Made by a program: the position numbers and the translations under genes | Part shown: positions 1 to 8,052 of the stretch, one piece after another | How the letters are laid out: every line of letters starts with the position of its first letter | Numbering within the stretch: position 1 is the first letter of the stretch | The notes under the pieces: generated by a model | What the model was told of the DNA's origin: nothing | The model's input: only the letters and a program-made list of their open reading frames with translations | The model's database searches: none | From: Trypanosoma brucei | Taxonomy: Eukaryota | Length of the DNA stretch: 64,000 nucleotides | Direction: 5' to 3' | Assembly: GCA_000002445.1 (NCBI GenBank) | Contig: AE017150.2 | Coordinates: 1,056,001 to 1,120,000, forward strand

Positions 1-4
1 CAAA

Positions 5-1090
5 GTGGTCGGTACGCCGTATGGTGATTGTTCAAGTGTGGTCGCCCGACTACTCCCTCTTCTCGTGCGTGTCGCAAGGTTCCTGCCAGCACTACAGCAA
101 TCACAACCGCTGGAGGGTGCATGTGATCTTGTAGAGGCTTTGGCCATTCTTCTGTCTATGCGCGGCGCTGAAGCGTCTGTAGACCTGCTTGTCAACGTCG
201 CCCTCTTCGCGTATGATAATGAGACAACCCTGATCAGCGTGTTTGATCTGTTTGTAAAGGTGGGGCTACGCGCCTCTCAGGAGTTGCAGCAACGGGCATT
301 GGCCTCGCTTTCGGTGCTGGAGGGGGCGGATCCAGCTGTCGTGGAGGGCGATATGCGGTGCGCAGAAGCACTAGGGGATTTTGAACGCGCCACGGCGGCC
401 TTGGGCGCACTGCTTGCCCGCTGCCGTGCTGGTGAAGGATCTGACCTAGACAATGAGGTAGTCGAGGAGGTTTCCGCACTCATTTTGGCTGCTCTTAAGG
501 CACCTTCTGACCATCCGCCGCTCCTATTTGCCTTACCGCCAACTGGGGCACCACCACTCCTGTCACGGCACAGGCGTATCCTTAGTTCCACCGTCGATTT
601 GCTGCGTTCTGGTCACCAAATATTTGACCACACCGCCCAGCAGTTGTGGTGTGAACATCAGGTTTTTCAACGGGTTTCGCGTTTTTTCGGGGCGATTCGT
701 GATAGCGAGGGTGCAGAGGAGCTGCTTGACGAAATTTGTGATCTGCTGTCAATTATGTACGGCCTTCACAACCCGTGGGCTTCCGCCGAAGACAGCGGAG
801 TTGAATCTAGCGATTACACCCCGTCTTGCGATGTGGGGGACCTTCTTGTGTTCGTTGTGGAATACATTTTGAATGAACGTCTTTCACGTTCCTCTTCGTG
901 CCGCTCGCTCTTTACTCGCCTCTGTGAGTGCGCCCCCTTCAGACACGGCATGCTTGCCGCGCATAGGGAGATCTACCACAGCTCACTGGAGGTGGTTTCT
1001 AATTGCTCTGGTGAAGCTGAGGAGAGAGAAGTTTTTGATCGATGGATCAATGAAAAGTTGGATGGTACGGTGCACGCGACAGTGGCTTAA
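5..1090 (+). CDS. Hypothetical protein, probably the C-terminal part of a gene that starts upstream of the window. Leucine-rich and helical, possibly HEAT/ARM-like.
   Basis: Long + strand ORF open from the window edge and co-directional with all other genes. I recognise no catalytic motif. Confidence 0.4.
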   Translation: MVGTPYGDCSSVVARLLPLLVRVARFLPALQQSQPLEGACDLVEALAILLSMRGAEASVDLLVNVALFAYDNETTLISVFDLFVKVGLRASQELQQRALASLSVLEGADPAVVEGDMRCAEALGDFERATAALGALLARCRAGEGSDLDNEVVEEVSALILAALKAPSDHPPLLFALPPTGAPPLLSRHRRILSSTVDLLRSGHQIFDHTAQQLWCEHQVFQRVSRFFGAIRDSEGAEELLDEICDLLSIMYGLHNPWASAEDSGVESSDYTPSCDVGDLLVFVVEYILNERLSRSSSCRSLFTRLCECAPFRHGMLAAHREIYHSSLEVVSNCSGEAEEREVFDRWINEKLDGTVHATVA

Positions 1091-1533
1091 TATAGGGAGG
1101 GCGATTGGTGTTGCCGTGTTATTATGCTGCCCTAAAACCGAGGGGAAGGGAGGTAGGGTGGGGCACTCAGTGGTGGTGATTTTTCCTAACTATTTCTGAG
1201 CGGTGAACATCTGGGTTGAGGTTTATTAATGCGGCTTCTGACACGGTTCTCGTATTATATACATCAACTTCGAACATTTACCCCGATAAATTTCCCTCTT
1301 TTTTACCCACCTCCTCGCAACCCACATCGCTCAACCGACTGCTGTTTAGACTGTCGCTCCCATTTTTTGTGTTTCCTTTTTTGTTTCCCACGTCGTTCCT
1401 TCCACGTCATTAACGACTTATGGACCTTTGTCGCTTGACACACTCATACAAAATTTCAGTAGGAGCGGACCGCTGGCCCAGCCACCTAGTGTCGGAGAGG
1501 GAGGGGGAGGGAAGGGGGAAGTGTATTGAGTAA

Positions 1534-2457
1534 ATGACGACCGCTTCTGTGAGTCAGAGTTGTTTCCCCATAATGAGTTTCTTACACGTGCCGGGAAAGA
1601 TGTCACAGCCTTTGTGGCTTATGATGGGAACCGCTTTCCTAGTGAATGTATCTCGTAGGACTGGGACGGCAGCGTGTCCTTTTGGTAGTGCAGATGCTTC
1701 CGATGGTGTTGACAGCTCTGCGCACAAGAGGAGGCGTTTCCTCCTCACAGCCAAACACACTTTTGTGCCGTGGCAGTTCACGGACCCGCAGAGGCTGAAG
1801 GTTCCTGAGGAGTATCGTCGAACGCGCTTCGTTATTGGTCGTCTTTATATCCCGGACAGTGAAGGGAAGGCTGTGGCCTCTCTGTCTGTTGACTTGAAGT
1901 TGGTGGCCATGCACCCTACTGCTGATGTTGCGGTACTAGTTGCGAAGGTTCCAACATCGGTAGCGTCGGATGCCGCGGGCACTGCTTCGAGGTCGGCCGT
2001 AAGTGAAAGGTTTGACGCACACGCCGAGCTGGAGAGGCGGGCGAATGCGGTTGGTGGTGGATTAACGTTGGCACCTGAGGACCCCCAGAAGGGCAGCGTG
2101 TGTTCCATTGCAGGATACCGTGGTACAGGCCTGCTGGGCAAATTGGACACCTTTGACCCTGATCTGTTAGATCGGTTATCGGAGACCGAGCGTGGGCAGC
2201 TTCTTTCTTCTTTACGGTGCGTGGAGGGACAGCAAGAAGCCGCAGTGGCTCGTGTTAAGATATTCCACTCAAAGGGTATGTGCCGTGCAGAGGAGGGAAG
2301 TTGTTTTCACGGCATGTCAGGGGCTCCAGTGTTGACAGATGAGAAAACATGTGGTGGTGTCTTGTACGGCAAACACCCGGATGATGCCAACAGCGTGGGG
2401 TACGTTCCCGTGCGAAGCTTTGATGGCTTCGTTTGGGACTCAGTGATTGGGAAGTGA
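1534..2457 (+). CDS. Hypothetical protein with trypsin-like serine peptidase motifs. The true start Met is uncertain.
   Basis: A candidate catalytic triad occurs in the canonical order: LLTAKHTF (His), HPTADVAVLVA (Asp) and CFHGMSGAPVL (a GxSGxP-like Ser). This is motif-level only. Confidence 0.35.
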   Translation: MTTASVSQSCFPIMSFLHVPGKMSQPLWLMMGTAFLVNVSRRTGTAACPFGSADASDGVDSSAHKRRRFLLTAKHTFVPWQFTDPQRLKVPEEYRRTRFVIGRLYIPDSEGKAVASLSVDLKLVAMHPTADVAVLVAKVPTSVASDAAGTASRSAVSERFDAHAELERRANAVGGGLTLAPEDPQKGSVCSIAGYRGTGLLGKLDTFDPDLLDRLSETERGQLLSSLRCVEGQQEAAVARVKIFHSKGMCRAEEGSCFHGMSGAPVLTDEKTCGGVLYGKHPDDANSVGYVPVRSFDGFVWDSVIGK

Positions 2458-2747
2458 TGGATTCATGGGGTTGTTTCACCCTTCATTTGTTCCCTCCTTT
2501 AACGCTCATCCTCGCAGAGCCGCCCGTCCGTTTGCGTGCGTACCTCGCCCTTACGGATGTACGTGAGGCGGCACCGTCGTCATATTGTTTTGTCTTCGTC
2601 TTGAGCGTGCCTCTTCCCCCGTTGTTCCCGCCTGCTTATCTTCAAATAACACCCTCAGCCATTCGTTAGAACCCCATTTTTTTCCTTTAGTCACCCTTGG
2701 GTTTTGGTTCAATTGTTCAAAAAAGGCACGGTAGGTACACTCAATAT

Positions 2748-3083
2748 ATGTCTGGTGAGGAACCCACTAAATTGCAGCGAACAGAGTCTGGTGCGAGGGT
2801 GATCAAAACCAAAGAATTTCTTCGTACCAGCGTCGCCGAGGGCCCTTTCTGTCTCCTCGACAGTGCTGTGAAGAATGGAACACGCGTGTTCATCCAGTCC
2901 CGCTACAACAAGTCCCTCGTCGCAACCGTCGTTGCCTTCGACAAACACTTTAACCTCGTGTTGCGGGATGCCGTGGAGTTAACAATGGTCAACAATGAGC
3001 AGAAAGAGCGCTCCATTCGGAACATGTTCTTGCGTGGCGCCTCTGTGGTGTTCATCGTGAGGTTGCCGCAGAGCACTGTATAG
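2748..3083 (+). CDS. Small nuclear ribonucleoprotein Sm-D2.
   Basis: The Sm fold aligns strongly to eukaryotic SmD2. [43 protein letters not shown] matches [59 protein letters not shown] matches RYISKMFLRGDSVIVV. The start is set at the internal ATG at 2748 (MSGEEPTK). The ORF-track start at 2697 lies in a pyrimidine tract. Confidence 0.75.
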   Translation: [111 protein letters not shown]

Positions 3084-3422
3084 TGGCACTGCGGCACTTG
3101 TGGGGGCGAAAATACAATACGCAGCAGCGCAGTTGCGGGAAAACGATTGTATTGAACATGGTTGTTTTTGAGTTTCTTGTTGTCGCTGCTTCGTTGTTCA
3201 TTTTTTCTTTTTCGGTGTGCTCGGCTATTCGCACCGCATTCCCCCCACAGTGTTAAGAAGCCGTGGGGGCCGTTTAGGATGCGGTGTCAAAATTTATTGT
3301 AAAAGCGGTGCGTACCTGTGTAAGAGAGAATCGTTCAACAGTTCTTCTTTTTCTTTGCGGGACGAGTTTCTCCTTCTTCACTCCGTACTCGTGGACATAA
3401 GCTAAATCCCACTTATACAGTT

Positions 3423-3477
3423 GCCTTTTCTTCTTACCGTTCTGCCACTACACATTTGTTTCTTACCGTAGGGAGGA
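3423..3477 (+). promoter_or_regulatory. Polypyrimidine tract with a downstream AG. Candidate SL trans-splicing acceptor region for the repeat-protein gene and polyadenylation guide for the upstream Sm-D2 mRNA.
   Basis: Pyrimidine-rich run cttttcttcttaccgttctgccactacacatttgtttcttacc followed by AG dinucleotides before the ATG at 3596. This is the kinetoplastid processing-signal architecture. Confidence 0.35.
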
Positions 3478-3595
3478 ATACCTTTTTGTTCTTGGCAGAC
3501 AAAAGGGACCAAACAAACAAGAGGTTAACTAGGGAACGGGTATATATATATACATATATTGATTTTTTTGCTCTACATAAATAAGAATTTATACA

Positions 3596-6500
3596 ATGGT
3601 TGCCACGGAACAATCAAGAAGAGGACAAGATCCGTGTGGAGATGTAACCGACATACGAAAACCCTCCTCAATAGAGGCAGCGGAGCCTTCAGACTATTCG
3701 TCAAGCTCAGGCAATAGAGGTGAGGGCGGACGCGAATCTCGGGGTATTTGGGCATTCAAACGTGCATCATTAGTTTCGGTACCACAAACTCCCAAAACAC
3801 ATCAAGCTAGCTGGTCAACGAGCAATAGAGAAGGAAGAGGAGGAGGAAACAGACATCGTGTGTCATGGCACCAACATCTCGATCCCCATCCTAACACAGG
3901 AGCTTCGGTAGATGATGGAGCAACTTTCTGGAAAGTTCCTCGTAAAGTTTCTGAGGATCCTGAAGATAATATGTCGACTACACACTCAATTTCCACGAGT
4001 GTATCGGATCCAGTCTCCCCATCAGCAGCAAATGTGGTAGTCAAGTCTGCGACCGCCGAAAATATTTGTGTTGGAGCTTCAACCGACGGGGAAATGAAAG
4101 CAATGCCTCACAGTATGCTGCTTGATGGGGAAGTGTGGGAGTACATATATCTTAGAAAATCGTCAGAACTGCGGGATGCCTTTGCTTCTGATATTGGCGA
4201 TGTGTTAGGTTTTCCTTTTTCGACACCCATTGAGTTTACACCCACAAGAACTGGAATATTAGCGCACTGCACATTACTGTATCCTGAGACCATGAAAACT
4301 GAAGAGCTATACGAGAGGTTATCGCGAGACAAATTTCCCGCGATGAGAAGACTATATCAAACAGCAAAACGAGAGCACATGATAACAAGTTGCTCGACGA
4401 TGTACACCACGAACATTTCTGACAGGCCCATAAGTCCATCGCCGGAAGATATGGACGGACGCCGAGGCAGCATGCAAATGATGTCTTCTGCAACTAGTAC
4501 AAACCATAAACCTGAAGAATATTGTCTGTCAAAAAGGGAAGAAAGTAGAGATGCAACAAAAGAAGATGCGACGGGAATGGACACCGAATCGCAAGAAATT
4601 CATTATAGTCGTTTCACCGAACGGTCTATGAGTCGCATATCCATGGTTCCTGCTGATATCCGTGAGGCTGGTATGTCTAAGAGCCATGTTGTGACATCGC
4701 GTGCAGCCAGTCCCAGATGTGCCAAATGTCTTGATCAGTCTATGAGTCACATATCCATGGTTCCTGCTGATGTCCGTGAGGCTGGTATGTCTAAGAGCCA
4801 TGTTGAGCCATCGCGTGCAGCCAGTCCCAGATGTGCCAAATGTCTTGATCAGTCTATGAGTCGTATATCCATGGTTCCTGCTGATATCCGTGAGGCTGGT
4901 ATGTCTAAGAGCCATGTTGTGACATCGCGTGCAGCCAGTCCCAGATGTGCCAAATGTCTTGATCAGTCTATGAGTCACATATCCATGGTTCCTGCTGATA
5001 TCCGTGAGGCTGGTATGTCTAAGAGTGAGGTTGAACCATCTTTAGCAGCCAGTCTGAAATGTGGCAAATGTCTTGATCAGTCTATGAGTCGCATATCCAC
5101 ATTGCCTGCTGATATCCGTGAGGCTGGTATGTCTAAGAGCCATGTTGTGACATCGCGTGCAGCCAGTCCCAGATGTGCCAAATGTCTTGATCAGTCTATG
5201 AGTCGCCCATCCACATTGCCTGCTGATATCCGTGAGGCTGGTATGTCTAAGAGCCATGTTGTGACATCGCGTGCAGCCAGTCCCAGATGTGCCAAATGTC
5301 TTGATCAGTCTATGAGTCGCCAATCGACATTGCCTGCTGATATCCGTGAGGCTGGTATGTCTAAGAGTGAGGTTGAGCCATCTTTAGCAGCCAGTCTGAA
5401 ATGTGGCAAATGTCTTGATCAGTCTATGAGTCGCATATCTATGATGCCTGCTGATGTCCGTGAGGCTGGTATGTCTAAGAGTGAGGTTGAGCCATCTTTA
5501 GCAGCCAGTCTGAAATGTGGCAAGTGTCTTGGTCAGTCTATGAGTCGCATATCTATGATGCCTGCTGATGTCCGTGAGGCTGGTATGTCTAAGAGCCATG
5601 TTGTGACATCGCGTGCAGCCAGTCCCAGATGTGCCAAATGTCTTGATCAGTCTATGAGTCGCATATCTATGATGCCTGCTGATGTCCGTGAGGCTGGTAT
5701 GTCTAAGAGCCATGTTGTGACATCGCGTGCAGCCAGTCCCAGATGTGCCAAATGTCTTGATCAGTCTATGAGTCGCATATCTATGATGCCTGCTGGTGTC
5801 CGTGAGGCTGGTATGTCTAAGAGCCATGTTGTGACATCGCGTGCAGCCAGTCCCAGATGTGCCAAATGTCTTGATCAGTCTATGAGTCGCATATCTATGA
5901 TGCCTGCTGATGTCCGTGAGGCTGGTATGTCTAAGAGCCATGTTGTGACATCGCGTGCAGCCAGTCCCAGATGTGCCAAATGTCTTGATCAGTCTATGAG
6001 TCGCATATCTATGATGCCTGCTGATGTCCGTGAGGCTGGTATGTCTAAGAGCCATGTTGTGACATCGCGTGCAGCCAGTCCCAGATGTGCCAAATGTCTT
6101 GATCAGTCTATGAGTCACATATCCATGGTTCCTGCTGATGTCCGTGAGGCTGGTATGTCTAAGAGCCATGTTGTGACATCGCGTGCAGCCAGTCCCAGAT
6201 GTGCCAAATGTCTTGATCAGTCTATGAGTCACATATCCATGGTTCCTGCTGATGTCCGTGAGGCTGGTATGTCTAAGAGCCATGTTGTGACATCGCGTGC
6301 AGCCAGTCCCAGATGTGCCAAATGTCTTGATCAGTCTATGAGTCGCATATCTATGATGCCTGCTGATGTCCGTGAGGCTGGTATGTCTAAGAGCCATGTT
6401 GTGACATCGCGTGCAGCCAGTCCCAGATGTGCCAAATGTCTTGATCAGTCTATGAGTCGCTCATCCACATTGCCTGCTGATGTCCGTGAGGCTGGTATGT

Positions 6501-7324
6501 CTAAGAGCCATGTAGTGACATCGCGTGCAGCCAGTCCCAGATGTGCCAAATGTCTTGATCAGTCTATGAGTCGCATATCTATGATGCCTGCTGATGTCCG
6601 TGAGGCTGGTATGTCTAAGAGCCATGTTGTGACATCGCGTGCAGCCAGTCCCAGATGTGCCAAATGTCTTGATCAGTCTATGAGTCGCATATCCACATTG
6701 CCTGCTGATATCCGTGAGGCTGGTATGTCTAAGAGCCATGTTGTGACATCGCGTGCAGCCAGTCCCAGATGTGCCAAATGTCTTGATCAGTCTATGAGTC
6801 ACATATCCATGGTTCCTGCTGATGTCCGTGAGGCTGGTATGTCTAAGAGTGAGGTTGAACCATCTTTAGCAGCCAGTCTGAGATGTGCCAAATGTCTTGA
6901 TCAGTCTATGAGTCGCATATCCACATTGCCTGCTGATATCCGTGAGGCTGGTATGTCTAAGAGCCATGTTGTGACATCGCGTGCAGCCAGTCCCAGATGT
7001 GCCAAATGTCTTGATCAGTCTATGAGTCGCATATCTATGATGCCTGCTGATGTCCGTGAGGCTGGTATGTCTAAGAGCCATGTTGTGACATCGCGTGCAG
7101 CCAGTCCCAGATGTGCCAAATGTCTTGATCAGTCTATGAGTCGCATATCCACATTGCCTGCTGATATCCGTGAGGCTGGTATGTCTAAGAGCCATGTTGT
7201 GACATCGCGTGCAGCCAGTCCCAGATGTGCCAAATGTCTTGATCAGTCTATGAGTCACATATCCATGGTTCCTGCTGATGTCCGTGAGGCTGGTATGTCT
7301 AAGAGTGAGGTTGAGCCATCGTGA
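3596..7324 (+). CDS. Giant tandem-repeat protein, part 1. A unique N-terminus is followed by a 255-aa conserved domain and then about 30 copies of a 38-aa repeat. The frame is terminated by an in-frame TGA inside a repeat.
   Basis: The 1242-aa ORF carries a 114-nt repeat (consensus SMSRISMMPADVREAGMSKSHVVTSRAASPRCAKCLDQ) from 4621 onward. The stop at 7322-7324 interrupts an otherwise perfect repeat. The same frame reopens at 7364. Confidence 0.6.
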   Translation: MVATEQSRRGQDPCGDVTDIRKPSSIEAAEPSDYSSSSGNRGEGGRESRGIWAFKRASLVSVPQTPKTHQASWSTSNREGRGGGNRHRVSWHQHLDPHPNTGASVDDGATFWKVPRKVSEDPEDNMSTTHSISTSVSDPVSPSAANVVVKSATAENICVGASTDGEMKAMPHSMLLDGEVWEYIYLRKSSELRDAFASDIGDVLGFPFSTPIEFTPTRTGILAHCTLLYPETMKTEELYERLSRDKFPAMRRLYQTAKREHMITSCSTMYTTNISDRPISPSPEDMDGRRGSMQMMSSATSTNHKPEEYCLSKREESRDATKEDATGMDTESQEIHYSRFTERSMSRISMVPADIREAGMSKSHVVTSRAASPRCAKCLDQSMSHISMVPADVREAGMSKSHVEPSRAASPRCAKCLDQSMSRISMVPADIREAGMSKSHVVTSRAASPRCAKCLDQSMSHISMVPADIREAGMSKSEVEPSLAASLKCGKCLDQSMSRISTLPADIREAGMSKSHVVTSRAASPRCAKCLDQSMSRPSTLPADIREAGMSKSHVVTSRAASPRCAKCLDQSMSRQSTLPADIREAGMSKSEVEPSLAASLKCGKCLDQSMSRISMMPADVREAGMSKSEVEPSLAASLKCGKCLGQSMSRISMMPADVREAGMSKSHVVTSRAASPRCAKCLDQSMSRISMMPADVREAGMSKSHVVTSRAASPRCAKCLDQSMSRISMMPAGVREAGMSKSHVVTSRAASPRCAKCLDQSMSRISMMPADVREAGMSKSHVVTSRAASPRCAKCLDQSMSRISMMPADVREAGMSKSHVVTSRAASPRCAKCLDQSMSHISMVPADVREAGMSKSHVVTSRAASPRCAKCLDQSMSHISMVPADVREAGMSKSHVVTSRAASPRCAKCLDQSMSRISMMPADVREAGMSKSHVVTSRAASPRCAKCLDQSMSRSSTLPADVREAGMSKSHVVTSRAASPRCAKCLDQSMSRISMMPADVREAGMSKSHVVTSRAASPRCAKCLDQSMSRISTLPADIREAGMSKSHVVTSRAASPRCAKCLDQSMSHISMVPADVREAGMSKSEVEPSLAASLRCAKCLDQSMSRISTLPADIREAGMSKSHVVTSRAASPRCAKCLDQSMSRISMMPADVREAGMSKSHVVTSRAASPRCAKCLDQSMSRISTLPADIREAGMSKSHVVTSRAASPRCAKCLDQSMSHISMVPADVREAGMSKSEVEPS
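3856..4620 (+). repeat. Copy 1 of a 765-nt (255-aa) non-repetitive domain, from (R)VSWHQHLD...DGATFWKVPRKVSEDPEDNMST to SRFTER. It precedes repeat array 1.
   Basis: Near-identical to 8141-8905, with only scattered substitutions (for example SATAEN versus YSGAEN). Confidence 0.85.
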
Positions 7325-8052
7325 GCAGCCAGTCTGAGATGTGCCAAATGTCTTGATCAGTCTATGAGTCGCATATCCACATTGCCTGCTGATATCCGTG
7401 AGGCTGGTATGTCTAAGAGCCATGTTGTGACATCGCGTGCAGCCAGTCCCAGATGTGCCAAATGTCTTGATCAGTCTATGAGTCGCATATCTATGATGCC
7501 TGCTGATGTCCGTGAGGCTGGTATGTCTAAGAGCCATGTTGTGACATCGCGTGCAGCCAGTCCCAGATGTGCCAAATGTCTTGATCAGTCTATGAGTCGC
7601 ATATCCACATTGCCTGCTGATATCCGTGAGGCTGGTATGTCTAAGAGCCATGTTGTGACATCGCGTGCAGCCAGTCCCAGATGTGCCAAATGTCTTGATC
7701 AGTCTATGAGTCACATATCCATGGTTCCTGCTGATGTCCGTGAGGCTGGTATGTCTAAGAGCCATGTTGTGACATCGCGTGCAGCCAGTCCCAGATGTGC
7801 CAAATGTCTTGATCAGTCTATGAGTCGCTCATCGACATTGCCTGCTGATGTCCGTGAGGCTGGTATGTCTAAGAGTGAGGTTGAACCATCTTTAGCAGCC
7901 AGTCTGAGATGTGCCAAATGTCTTGATCAGTCTATGAGTCGCTCATCGACATTGCCTGATGATGTCCGTGAGGCTGGTATGTCTAAGAGTGAGGTTGAAC
8001 CATCTTTAGCAGCCAGTTCCAGATGTGCCAAATGTCTTGATCAGTCTATGAG
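4621..8052 (+). repeat. Coding tandem array 1. It has about 30 units of 114 nt (38 aa). H-type units (SKSHVVTSRAASPRCAKC) predominate, with interspersed E-type units (SKSEVEPSLAASLKCGKC).
   Basis: The period was measured directly. tctatgagtcgc recurs at 4625 and 4739, 114 nt apart, and the register holds for about 3.4 kb. Confidence 0.9.

Noticed and set aside
4529-7765. Long minus-strand ORFs inside the repeat arrays (for example 5498-6397 and 6866-7765, 299 aa each, MALRHTSLTDISR...).
   Set aside because: They exist only because the 114-nt repeat is a multiple of three. Any stop-free frame through one unit stays open through all units. They have the wrong orientation for the transcription unit and no independent support.
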